Positions 12,549-24,028 of a stretch of DNA of 51,922 nt are shown here, piece by piece. Origin of the DNA: Octopus bimaculoides (taxonomy: Eukaryota); assembly GCF_001194135.2 (NCBI RefSeq), contig NC_069001.1:36092721-36144642 (forward strand), in the 5' to 3' direction. Each line of letters opens with the position of its first letter. The first letter of the stretch is position 1. The notes beneath the pieces were generated by a model. That model did no database searches. It saw nothing but the letters and a program-made list of their open reading frames with translations, and was not told where the DNA came from. Made by a program: the position numbers and the translations under genes.

Positions 12549-12665
12549 TATATTACATACATATAAGAGGAATGACCACTAGGTGGACTCCAAAGAATAT
12601 GGGGTCTACATTTAGCATATTAGGAGTCCACCTAGTGGTCATTCCTCTTATATGTTTGTAATATA
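12549..12665. repeat. Inverted repeat, 43-bp arms (42/43 match), 31-nt loop
   Basis: tatattacatacatataagaggaatgaccactaggtggactcc (12549-12591) vs ggagtccacctagtggtcattcctcttatatgtttgtaatata (12623-12665). Confidence 0.95.
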
Positions 12666-12761
12666 AATAATATATAGATATATATAATATGTGCGTGTGT
12701 ATATGTATATATGTTTATACCATCATCATGAATATATATGTGTGTATACATATGTTTGTGG

Positions 12762-12945
12762 GTGTTTATATTTACCCACTGCTGTTTAACAACCAATGTT
12801 GGTTTGTTTACATCCCTGTGATTTAGTGGCCCAGTGAAAGCCACTGACTGTTATGAGTGCCTGACTTGGAAAACGAAAACCATAAGTCAGTGCTCCAGCA
12901 TGACCACTGTCTCATAACTGAAACTAGTAAAAGAGTAAAAGAATA
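12762..12945 (+). mobile_element. SINE family A 3' half (diverged)
   Basis: gtttgtttacatccctgtgatttagtgg...gtgctccagcatgacc...actgaaactagtaaaagagtaaaaga. Confidence 0.6.
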
Positions 12946-13561
12946 CCAAGAACAAACAAAATATTAAAAAAAAAAAAGAAACAAAAACACAATAAATTTC
13001 GAGATCAACTTTGACAATTAAGAACCATTTTCTCTGAACAATCGGAAATAAATTTTTATTGAAAAAGTCACTTTGGTTATCCATTAGACTTATCTATGTC
13101 TACCACTGCTTAAAGTCTTAATACTAATGTCTGTTTGTCTCTTTAGCATCTGTTTGCCTCTTTTTGTGGGGTTTTTAATGTTTTATTTTTCATGTAGTTT
13201 TTTTTTTTTTTGTAGGGGGGTGGAATTTATAAAAGCCTTTAACAACAATAAAAATAAGGGGAAAAAGATAATTCATTATATATGTATAGGTATGCATATA
13301 TAAGCACATGTGTATATTTATACATATATATAATGTACACTCGCACACACACACATATATACATATATACATATGTATATATATATATATGTATATATAT
13401 ATACACATATATCTTTTACTTGTTTCGGTCATATATATATTTATATATGTGTGTGTATACATATGACTTCTGCATATACAATGTATATATTTATGGCTGT
13501 GTGTGCTTGTATGTGGGTGTTTCTGTAGGTGGTGTATGTTTATAAATACATGTGTGTTACA

Positions 13562-13645
13562 TTTGCCAAACTGCTAAGTTACAGGGATGTGAGTAAAGCA
13601 ACTCTGGTTGTCGAGCAGTGGTGCAGGAACAAACACAGACACAAA

Positions 13646-13684
<39 letters not shown>

Positions 13685-13862
13685 ATATTTAGGGATATAT
13701 ACAACGGGCTCCTTTCTGTTTCTGTCTACTACATTTCCTCAAGAATTTAGTCATCCCCAGACTATAGTAGAATACACTTGCCCGAGGTGCCATGCAGTTG
13801 GACTGAACCCAGAACCATGTGGTTGAGAAGCAAACTTCTTACCATGCATCCATGATTACACC
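13562..13862 (-). mobile_element. SINE family A, both halves with internal (CA)n
   Basis: gccaaactgctaagttacaggga...acaaacacagacac(ca)n...tatagtagaatacacttgcccgaggtgccatgcagttggactgaacccagaaccatgtgg. Confidence 0.75.
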
Positions 13863-13869
13863 TGTTACA

Positions 13870-13907
<38 letters not shown>

Positions 13908-15311
13908 TACAATTTATATATATATATATTATTAATATTACAATTCATTTATTAATTATTGTTTAATGAAAGGACATTAAGAGTAGTGGCAACAGAGGGG
14001 AAAAAAAGAACATATTTTCTAATTAGAAAATATGAAAATAAAATAAAAATATAAACTAAAGAATTGAAATATAAGTAAAAAAAAAAAAAAACAAGTAAAA
14101 CCAAACTTCTGTGGCATTTTTGTCCATATTAAGGTTAGGTTTATGTCTTTTATTATTTTATGTGTTTCACTCTGAAGAATTGAAGGTCAACGTTAGAATT
14201 TCGTTTGATATCCAAATTCATACTCTTACAAACAAACTCAAGACATAACAGTTTTTTTTTGATGATGTTGATTGCTTTCTACATACTTTTTATTGTTTTG
14301 TTGTTCTTCTTCTTGTTGTCAATGTGAAATATTCTGATCAAACGTTTGCTTCTCTTTGTTGTTGGTTTTTGTTTTTTGTTTGGAAGTTTTTGTTGTTTGT
14401 TTTGTTTTTTTTTCTCTTTCTTGGAAATGATAGATCAAACAAATATTAGTCTGTTTGTTCTTTGAGGACATGGATACGGAATATTGTAGCAAATTCAAAC
14501 AATCTATATAAGATTTTTTATTAACCAAAGGAAAAATTAGTAAATATATAAATATATATGTGTGTGTGTAAATATATATGTATGTATGTGTGCATGTATA
14601 TACATATATATATATATAAACATTTCCATGTGTGTGGCAAAAGGATAGGTGTTGGGGTGAAGAAATATAAAATTAGTTTTCATTCAACATGTTATGTTAA
14701 TAGAATATGGATCCTGAGTTCAATTATTACCTTAATATGAAATTCTTGTGGCATAGAATAAGAAACAATAATATATTCATACCTATGTATTCTATATTCT
14801 TCAGTTGTGTAATATATATTACTTAATATATAATGTATATTTTGTATATAATAAAGATGATGCATATTCTATGTGTATGTATGTATAAAGATATATATAT
14901 ATAACCGTAAATAAGAACGGAGAATTATACATCTTCAAAACTTGCTTATTTCAATATTCCCAACTCATTTCTACTGCATAAATGCCCTAATGTCCTTTGT
15001 TGTACCTGTCTGGATTCCAAATCCTACTCCTTTAATTTTCTATATGTGATAGTGGATTTTCATCGATGAGTTCTTGAAACTTGGTTATTTTCCCTAAAAC
15101 TATATATTTTATATATATTTTATCTATAAAGCTCAATTTAATTTTAATTTTTTATAAAATGATTTTAATTGAGTTTTTACCTGTAATTTTGGATTTTGTC
15201 CCTAATATTATTATAATTTTCTAATTTATAATTAACGTTTATTGTTTGTATTTAACTTTCAATTTTTCGTTGATTATGAAATTTACAGGTAGGATTGAGC
15301 CACTGTTTTGG

Positions 15312-15380
15312 AATTCATCTTTGAAGGATATCCCCATCCCATCTAGAAAGGAATATATTTTGAAACTTATTAATAATAGT
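15312..15380 (+). mobile_element. Penelope-like element ORF N-terminal fragment, truncated by an assembly gap
   Basis: NSSLKDIPIPSRKEYILKLINNS resembles the YSLKNIPIPSxKEYLxKLIEK motif at the start of many metazoan PLE ORFs (from memory); only 23 aa are visible. Confidence 0.55.
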
Positions 15381-15574
15381 NNNNNNNNNNNNNNNNNNNN
15401 NNNNNNNNNNNNNNNNNNNNNNNNNNNNNNNNNNNNNNNNNNNNNNNNNNNNNNNNNNNNNNNNNNNNNNNNNNNNNNNNNNNNNNNNNNNNNNNNNNNN
15501 NNNNNNNNNNNNNNNNNNNNNNNNNNNNNNNNNNNNNNNNNNNNNNNNNNNNNNNNNNNNNNNNNNNNNNNNNN

Positions 15575-15920
15575 GCTGGAGCACTGCCTTTAGTCAAGCA
15601 AATCGACCTCAGGACTTATTCTTTATAAGCCTAGTATTGGTTCCTTTTTGCCAAACCGCTAAGTTACGGGGACGTAAACACACCACCATCAGTTGTCAAG
15701 CGATGTTGGTGGGGACAAACACAGACACACAAACATATACACACACATACATATATACGACGAGTTTCTTTCAGTTTCCGTCTACCAAATCCACTCACAA
15801 GGCTTTGGTCAGCCCAAGGCTATTGTAGAAGACACTTACCCAAGGTGCCACACAGTGGAACTGAACCCGGAACCATGTGGTTGATAAGCAGGCTACTTAC
15901 CACACAGCCACTCCTGCGCT
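15575..15920 (-). mobile_element. SINE family A, near full length
   Basis: tRNA-like head at 15920-15850, ACCTTGGGxAAGTGTC block, short internal TA/CA tract, and 3' half running into a gap. Confidence 0.85.
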
Positions 15921-16795
15921 TTATTTTAAATTCCAAAATCCAGATTTTGTTAACCAGGTTGTACATTTGACCTCTGACATCATGCCATTCTTCACATAAT
16001 CTCTTAACTTTCACATTCTTTCAACCTCAAAGTAGAGTAAAACTAAGTCTGACATCCATTTTATTCTGGTTTATTTTTTATTTTTATTTTTTTTATATAT
16101 TTTTGAAATGTTCACAATCGGAAAATAGCCTGAAGCTTTTCACAGTTTTCTTTTTTTATATTTTATTCCAGCGTTATGTAATATATGAAACAGCAGCATC
16201 AATGAAAATAGAATCTATAAGAAATTTCTTCTGTTTTTTTTTTGTTTTTTTTTTAATCAATAATAGCTTTATGTAACATTCTCCATTCCATCATAGAAGT
16301 TTGAGGCTGAAGTTTAGAGGTTTTTACGACAAGTTTTTATGACCCCCAATATCATCAATTCTGAGTTTTTAATAAGTTTTGATTGATAAATTTTCGTTTT
16401 TCTTTTGTTTTGTTTTTGTTTTTGGTTTTCGCTTTTTAATAGATTTTGTTGTTGTTGTTGTTGCTGTTGTGTTGTTATAGTTGTTGTCCTGGGAAATGAA
16501 AGAGAAAAATTAAAAACAAAAAAAATACGATAATAATAAGCCTGTTTCAACAAACCACTTTGTATGTGTTTGCACAGAATTGTAATGATGATGATAATAA
16601 TAATAATAAAAATAATAATAATAATAGTAATAATAATAATAATAATCATGGTTCCTTTTTGACATATATGCACACATACACATACATACATATGCATATT
16701 TATTCTCCTTCATGTGGTTGTATCTGAGGTGCATCTCGCAATGCTGCAACAGGAGTCTCTGTCCATCTCCATTAGCTCTAGAAGAAAAAAAATTG

Positions 16796-16828
<33 letters not shown>

Positions 16829-17052
16829 TCAGCGTCTGTCCTGCTTTCTATATGTCCCTATGGGGGTTGTAAGCGTAAGTATGTTTCATCAACCATTGTA
16901 AGAGCTTTTTCGCAACTCTTCCTCCATCATTTATTCACTTGCGTAACAAAGTGACATAAATATATTCCTTGGGCAGAATATATATTGACAAAAAGCCATT
17001 TCTATTGACTGGTTTATTGTTGTGTTTTTGTTGTTGTTGTTGTTCTTACAGT

Positions 17053-17240
17053 TCTGATTTAGCCCATGGTCGACCATTTGAGCAAACCCCTAATGAAAGC
17101 CATTCCATCCTTGACCAGCACCCCATTATTTGAGGGGCAGCTAAGACTTATACATTGTCCAGTATGTTTTTTATCATTTAAGAAGATGGTGTGTGATTTG
17201 AGGTAGATTTGGCTGCCATTTCTAGCAGACTGGGTGACTA
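17053..17240 (+). mobile_element. Interspersed repeat family F (partial homologues at 6873-6995 and 21718-21852)
   Basis: Shared motifs aaag(g)cattcca..c.tgacca and gtg(a/c)tttgagg.aga..tgg.tg..atttcta.cag. Confidence 0.5.
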
Positions 17241-17245
17241 CAAAC

Positions 17246-17539
17246 AGTACTTATTCTATCGGTCTCTTTTGCCGAACTGCTAAGTGACGGGGACATAAAC
17301 GCACCAGCATCGGTTGTCAAGCGATGTTGGGGAGACAAACACAGACACACACATATAAATATATATACATATATACGACAGGCTTCTTTCAGTTTCCATC
17401 TACCAAATCCATTCACAAGGCTTTGGTCAGCCTGAGGCTATAGTAGAAGATACTTGCCCAAGATGCCACACAGTGGGACTGAACCCGGAACCATGTGGTT
17501 AGTAAGCAAGCTACTTACTACACAGCCACTCCTACACCT
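17246..17539 (-). mobile_element. SINE family A, 3'-truncated
   Basis: High similarity to 15575-15920. Confidence 0.85.
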
Positions 17540-17607
17540 ATAATAATAATAATAGTAGCATCAAAAAATACCTTAGGAATGAGAACCCTAGTTCGAAATT
17601 TCCCCAA

Positions 17608-17653
17608 GACACCTGAAGAAGGCTGGAGAGTATATCAGCCGAAACATTGTGTT
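17608..17653 (+). ncRNA. Penelope-type minimal type I hammerhead ribozyme motif (probably decayed)
   Basis: Stem I gacac(17608-12)/gtgtt(17649-53); core CTGAAGA (17613-19) plus an extra A; stem II ggctg/cagcc (17621-25/17636-40); GAAAC (17641-45) then ATT. It lies in a roughly 150-bp repeat-like block at 17558-17705. Confidence 0.6.
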
Positions 17654-18034
17654 AACAACAAGCAAGATGAGGACAAATATCCATCAAATGTAAATAATGT
17701 AAATCTAATTTGTTCAGAAATAAGGTTTTCTATAAAGCCAACATAACTATTGGTTCTATTGTCACAAAGGTTCACAGGATCCATCTTGTATGATGTCTGC
17801 AGTTAGAAGTCAGTTTAGTGATGTGGCATCATTTAAAGATGCATCATTTAACATGACTATTCCGAAGTCCCGAATGCCATTAGCGCTCTGAATCATTGTG
17901 TTCTTATTATGTCAGATAATGAGATTCACGTGTATGTGTATATGAATGTGTAGAGATGGTAGGCTTCTTTCTACACCATGGTCTTTCACAGTCAGGAACA
18001 ACTAAAATGCCACATTAAAAATACACCATAGTTT

Positions 18035-18128
18035 GAAGCTGCAGTAAAAGGCACATGCCCAAGCTACAGCACAGCATGTTGAAACTCAGAACCACATGCA
18101 TGCAGAGCAAACAATTTAACCACATCAC
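18035..18128 (-). mobile_element. SINE family A head, heavily decayed
   Basis: gtaaaaggcacatgcccaag...gaaactcagaaccacatg...aaccacat. Confidence 0.45.
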
Positions 18129-18458
18129 CAGGCACACAAACGTCCTTTTATGATGCTATTTCTGTGTTTGATCAATTTTTTGTTCATTTTCATTACCATT
18201 GTTATCAAAACACAGCATAAAAGTTGAGAATATCTCAAAGTTGACCAAGTTTTGTTGCGAAATATTTTATCTCTAAGACTTTCAAAGAAAACTCGATGCT
18301 TTTTTGTATTTTTTTTTTTTTTGCTTCTTTCTACTCTCTCCATTTTTTCTCTTTTTTTCTTATCTTTACTATTTTTTTTTTTTCATATATGTGTATATCT
18401 TTTACAAACATTACAAGAAAAGACTGTGATTGATGGATATAAAAAACTGAATATATAC

Positions 18459-18498
<40 letters not shown>

Positions 18499-18819
18499 AG
18501 AGAGAGAGAGACATAACATCCACATTCGTAAATACAGAGAATGTATATATGTTTGTATGTATGTGTGTGTGTACATATATGTATTAATGTATATGTATGT
18601 ATACATATATACACACACGCACTCACATATATAATGATATTATGTATGTTCGAAATATTGCTTAGGCATGTAAGCATGGATGTTTTTCGGGGTTTCTTTT
18701 TTTCTTTATTTCTTTTTCCCTTTTTTTTTAAAACTATTTTTGCTGCTTTTCTTTATAAATATATTTGTACAAAAAAGTAATTTTTATTTTTTGCTGAATG
18801 AATGCACAACGCTAATGCT

Positions 18820-19065
18820 AATAATTATAATAATAATAATAATAATAGTAATAATAATAGCAATAATAATAATAGTAATAATAATGAGGATGATGATGAT
18901 GATGATAGTAATAATGATAATAATAATAATAATAATGACAATTATAATGGTGATAATAACTACAAATGTTTGCAATAATAACAATAGAAATAATAATAAT
19001 AGCAGTTATAACAACAAGGACAACAAGAACAACAATAATAATAATAATAATAATAAAACAACAAA
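18820..19065. repeat. (ATA)n/(ATG)n/(ACA)n trinucleotide tract
   Basis: Direct reading. Confidence 0.9.
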
Positions 19066-19274
19066 TAGATAAATGATGGTGAGAACGAAAGCTAAAGAAA
19101 ATACCCTCATCTATTTAGTATCTTTCAAGTGTGAAAAAATAATTAAATTTTGAAGGTAACCATTAAAAGAGAGAAATCTTTGTAGGCAACATATTTCTTT
19201 GAAGAGTAATCTAAAATACGTTGCTACTTTAATATAGACACACACATATATGTATGTATATATCTATCTATCTA

Positions 19275-19354
<80 letters not shown>

Positions 19355-20194
19355 AGGCAAGCAGAGTTAGTGGTTGGAATAACCATCTAAAGGATAAGAA
19401 TTTCCGTTCTTATTACCGGTATCATTTACCTATGTTAACCCTGGGCATGGGTATGCCTGCATACTGTGCTCATAGGGTACAGGTAATAACAGAATACACA
19501 ATAGTTTATCAGGAATCGAATTTTTGGGAATTTTCTTTGTAAGCGCTGAGTGACGTTGGCAGCTGAAACAGCTGTAAGAAAAACTGAACTGAAAAATATG
19601 AGTATATGTGTTTATTTTGATTAATATTTAGCAGAAGCCAGTGAGTGAGTGAAAGGTGGAGATTTCCATGCATTAGCATTTGCCAAAACCCGAGACAGAT
19701 CAATGAGTTGTGAATCTATACACAAGTAATAATAGTATTTCCCTGGATAGTTCTGGAACAAATTATTAAAGACAACTGCAATGTCATGTGGATATTCATA
19801 TTCTTCAAAGGCACACATCTAACACAAGCATACATACATGGCATCAACACACACACACACTTATCTCATCTCATCTCACAGCCCTACACTTTCTTTGCTC
19901 GTTAGCCAATCATTTTATAGTGTGTAGCTCCATATGTTTTGCTTTGTTTGTTGTCCCCTTGCTTCGTAATCTTACTCATGTTATTCAGGTGATTTTTATC
20001 TTTTTGCCAGTCGAGTCATCTGGCACTATGTTCTTTCTCTTGAGAAGTTCTAATTGTTAATCCTTACCTGTATTTACCTGACAAAAATTTCTTTCTTTTT
20101 TTGCATGATGTAACACTTCTCTTCATCAATAAAAAACACGTCTGAAACACCTGTAGTGAAACACAATCTATCTGGTGTTATATATATATATATC

Positions 20195-20300
20195 TTGAGA
20201 CCTTTGGTGATATGCCATGCCGGTGAAGACTCATCGAGCCAAATGGAATTGTGGTCATAGCCAATGCCAATGGCACATAAAAAGTGTTTGGCATTAGGAA
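20195..20300 (+). mobile_element. Family C upstream/internal fragment
   Basis: catcgagccaaatggaattgtggtcatagccaatgcca matches the reverse complement of 51205-51248. Confidence 0.5.
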
Positions 20301-20589
20301 TCATATTTTTTATTTTGGTTTTTCCTGTTTGCATCACCAAACTCTATGTATGTATGTATGTCAGAAGATGAAATGGTTCAGAAAAATTATATTACATACA
20401 TATGAGAAGAGATGACCACTAAGTGGACATCCATTATGCTAGAAGATCAACCATTCTACGGTCAAACCACAAAAGAAAAGAATGTTCTTTAGGGAAATTC
20501 AGCGTACTCCAGAACATGAACGGGCAAGACAAATGAAAATATACAAAATATAGAATTCATCGTAGACCAGGTTATATATATATAAATAT

Positions 20590-20622
<33 letters not shown>

Positions 20623-20624
20623 GT

Positions 20625-20695
20625 AGACCCACTCACAAAGCTTTGGTCAACCTGGCGTTGCAGTAGAAGCCACTTGACCATAGTGCTGCACAAAT
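20625..20695 (-). mobile_element. SINE family A fragment
   Basis: ccactcacaaagctttggtcaacctg...gtagaagccacttg. Confidence 0.6.
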
Positions 20696-21886
20696 GATGA
20701 ATGCATTTGCACTATTTCCAGAACATCTTTGCACTCCTTGCTATACTGACGCATAGATATGAGCTCATCACAGTCAAGTGTACAGAAATCCCTCAACAGG
20801 TGAACAGTGTTGCCCCCTGTTTTCAGATAACAAAGACAAAATGGTACATCCCCATGATACCTATTTTCACTGCTTGGCATAATTAAGTAATTGAGTGTAA
20901 ACAAACAAACAAACACTGACAACAACTGATGCAAGGTGAGAACTATTAACGGGGGGATACAAACTGTTTGTGCGCATTAGAGTAGCATGACGACACCCGC
21001 TTAGCTCGGGTGGCTTGCTGTGATGTTTAGAAAATTGCTTTCAAGATGGAAGAAATAATTAGTTTTATACATATTTCATTTTAACGAAGAAAGTAAGAGC
21101 AACAATAGCGAACAATAACGAAGTGATTAACAATAACAACAACAACAACAACAACAAGTAATATGGTTGGATATATATATGTGACTAATTACGAAGGTGA
21201 TGTTGTAATCAATTTCCTGGTTGAAGGTGTGTAAATTAATGAAACATGAAGGCTTCTGCTCGTTAATAATTAATTAAAAGGGTGTGCCAGAAATGGAAAA
21301 CAATAAATCTATTTCTGCCAAAGTTGAAATACATTTCAAATATTTTTCTGGAAAACAAAATAATAATAATAATAATAATAATGATTTATATCTGTGAAGA
21401 AATAATAATTTGGTCTTAGCTTAATTAAGACTTTGGCTTAATTAAGTTTTTAAGTTAGACTTTGGCTGAGATATAACTAGAAATCTTTATTGCTGAGTAG
21501 CAAGTATATGTTGCGGTACTTGTGGTTGTGGTAGTGGTGGTGGTCATTGTATTTGTTGTGAAGGTGGTGGCTGGTGTTGTGGTTGTACTTATTGTAGTGG
21601 AGGTGGCAGTGATGGCAGCCGCAGCAGTGGTGGTGGTGGTAGCAGTGGCATGGGTTGTGTTCATAGTTTTTTTGTTGCTGTTGTGGTTAATATTGTTGAG
21701 TCCCATGTTCACCCTCGTCATACAGATCAAAGGCATTCCAACTATGACCATTCCATCAATTTCCTATCTGCCACGAAGAGTCTCAGAATGTCACGTGCTT
21801 TGAGGGAGACGTGGTTGTTATTTCTACCAGATTAAGTTACCAGACAGAGGCTTCCCTTGCGAGCTCAACCTGTACTTGCCATACAT

Positions 21887-22005
21887 TCTTTTACTTGTTT
21901 CAGTCATTTGACTGCGGCCATGCTGGAGCACTGCCTTCAGACAAGCAAATTGACCCCAGGACTTATTGTTTGTAAGCCTGGTACTTATCCTATCGGTCTC
22001 TCTTG
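21887..22005 (-). mobile_element. SINE family A 3' end
   Basis: cttttacttgtttcagtcatttgactgcggccatgctggagcactgcc...gaccccaggacttatt...gtacttatcctatcggtctc. Confidence 0.8.
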
Positions 22006-22279
22006 GTTACCTCAATTTTTTTCTCTCCCTTTCTCCCGCTCTCACTCTTTCTCTCCTATCCTCCTCTTTCTCCTCCTCCCTCTCTTTTCTCACCTCCCTT
22101 TCTTTGTCTTTTTTCTCCCCTATCTCTCCTCTCTCGCTTTCTCTCTCTTCTGACGCTCTTTTTTCTCTTTCCCTTCTACTCCCCTTCTTCCCCCCCCCAG
22201 ACACACCCACACAGCCAAGACTCCGCTATTTCTCTTACATCCTCTCCCCTCTCCCTAATATCTGCCTGTACTCTTCCAG
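22000..22279 (+). repeat. Long polypyrimidine (CT-rich) tract upstream of the NAV exon
   Basis: Direct reading. Confidence 0.85.
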
Positions 22280-22478
22280 GTGACCTATTCAAACCCCTAT
22301 CACTGTTTTAATTGGCCAACATCTTAATCATTATAGATTTCATAAGTTTTGCCAAAATAATAATAATAATAACTATTATTATTTTTATTATTATTTATAA
22401 TCATTATTATTGTTATTTTGTTGTTGTTATTTCTTTGTGTATTCTCCTGCCAATCATTTGCTCTGCTTTTTTAGAGTC

Positions 22479-22512
<34 letters not shown>

Positions 22513-22526
22513 GTATTCAAATAAAT

Positions 22527-22558
22527 TACTAAATTTTCTCTCCTTTGATCTCTTCCAG
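22527..22558 (+). promoter_or_regulatory. Branch point, polypyrimidine tract and 3' splice site of the NAV exon
   Basis: tactaaattttctctcctttgatctcttccag; the putative branch A at 22532 lies 26 nt upstream of the AG. Confidence 0.7.
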
Positions 22559-22631
22559 GTGGAAAACATTAATACATGTTTAACATTTCTCGCAAACTTG
22601 GGAGTATGTGTTGAGGGACTCAGTGCAAAAG
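22559..22631 (+). CDS. NAV2: Internal coding exon of a neuron navigator (NAV2/NAV3/unc-53/sickie-like) gene, calponin-homology domain
   Basis: Translates GTG GAA AAC...GCA AAA G = VENINTCLTFLANLGVCVEGLSAK+G (24 codons + 1 nt, phase 0 to 1). This closely resembles the vertebrate NAV CH segment IENIDACLNFLAAKGINIQGLSAE(E), recalled from memory. It has a pyrimidine tract plus CAG acceptor (22556-22558), a branch-like TACTAAA (22527-22533) and an AAG|GTTGGT donor. Which NAV paralog it corresponds to cannot be resolved. Confidence 0.85.
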
Positions 22632-23240
22632 GTTGGTTAATATTAACCCTATTATCTTTCTGTTATATTATTATGTTCTGTTATTTTTAAACATTATTTA
22701 CTCGATATCTGTATGTGTCTACAAACGAAAAAAAAAAAAAATTTAATAATAACAATAATAAATATTTTGCAACAAGCTCATTAAAATCTGCGGGTGTAAC
22801 ATAATTCACATGTAAATGCTTTATCTTAGTCTCTCTGGCTCCATGGCTTCAAAATAAGGCCTTGCCCCATGTGGTATAACTTTTGTTTTTGTAAAATGAA
22901 ATAGAGGGAGATATACCTTTTCTTTTTAAAAAAAATAGAGCACCAATTTATCACAGGAAATGTCCCCTGAAAGATGCGATGGTATTAAGAAAAAAAACCA
23001 AAAGAAAATTCAATATTATTACCATCCTCGTTATTTTCGTTTTTTTGAACCTCAAATAAGCTACTAATATGGTGTTTATGTAACTATAGTGCATGGCTCT
23101 AGTTGTGTGAAGTTAAATAGAGGAAGGTGAATCTTTCAATAGTACACTGGCTTATTGAAGGAAACTTCTTCCGAAAGATATATCTTTTAAACCAGTGTTG
23201 GTTTGTTTACAGGGAAATAAACAAACAAATATTTCTTGTT

Positions 23241-23640
23241 CAGGTGGCAAGAATCATTAGCATGCCAGGAGAATTGCTTAGCAGCATTCTGTCCGTCTTT
23301 ATTGACCCCTTTCGGGGTCAATAAAATAAGAACCAGTTGCATATTGGGATCAACATAATCGACTACCCCCCCACCCCCGCTCAAAACTGCTGGCCTTGTA
23401 TCAAAACTTGAAACCAATATTCCTCATCGGTAAGGTAGCAAGCTGGCAGAATTTGTTACTGCACCAGGCAAAATGCATAACAGCATTTCTTCTGTTTTTA
23501 CATTCTGAGTTCAAATACCGTTGGGGTCGTCTTTACCTTTCATCCTTTCCAATTGATAAACAAAGTACCAAATGAACATTGGCGTCGGTGTAATCACCTT
23601 CTGTGAAATTGTTGGTTTTGTGCCAAAATTTGAAGCCAAT
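23241..23640 (+). mobile_element. Two tandem SINE family B copies (23241-23420, 23432-23640)
   Basis: Each has a ggcag/aagaatc..ttag head, the central block and a ttgt.(cc)aaaa.ttgaa.ccaata tail. Confidence 0.75.
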
Positions 23641-23672
23641 ATTTTTGTCAACCTCTAAGTTAGTCTCTAAAA

Positions 23673-24020
23673 TGTTTTTATGTCGCCAAGAGGCATAGCT
23701 TTAGATTTTTGTGAAATTAAACAGAAAAACAAACCTTTTTCCCTAAATTGAACAACAGTTTATCACTGGAAACTTTTCCCAAACGATTTGATGGTGTTAA
23801 AAAAAAAGAAAAAAAGCCACCAATACCATTTTAGTATTTCACAATAAGCAGCTAGATTGGTATTTATGTCACTATGGAGCATAGCTTTAGTTTTAAAGTT
23901 AAACAGAGAAAGATAGATTTTTTCTCAAAATAAAGCAATAGTTTATCATACATAACTTCTCCAGAAAGATGTGATGATGTTAAGGAAATAAAAAAACCAT
24001 CAATATCTTCTTAATATTTC
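23673..24020 (+). repeat. Diverged ~185-bp tandem duplication
   Basis: gt.tttatgtc....g.gcatagctttag...aaacaga...cagtttatca...gat.tgatg.tgttaa occurs twice. Confidence 0.65.
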
Positions 24021-24028
24021 TTGTCACT

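Noticed and set aside
14930-15110. Possible decayed LINE C-terminus on the minus strand (KITKFQELIDEI)
   Set aside because: The similarity is too short and interrupted by stops.
20800-20843. Possible preceding NAV exon (CAG|GT GAA CAG TGT TGC CCC...GAC AAA ATG|GTACAT; phase 1 to 0, ends in Met)
   Set aside because: The phases fit, but EQCCPLFSDNKDKM does not resemble the expected NEK(V/I)xDIxxxPxxxxQM, and both splice sites are weak; RNA-seq would be needed.
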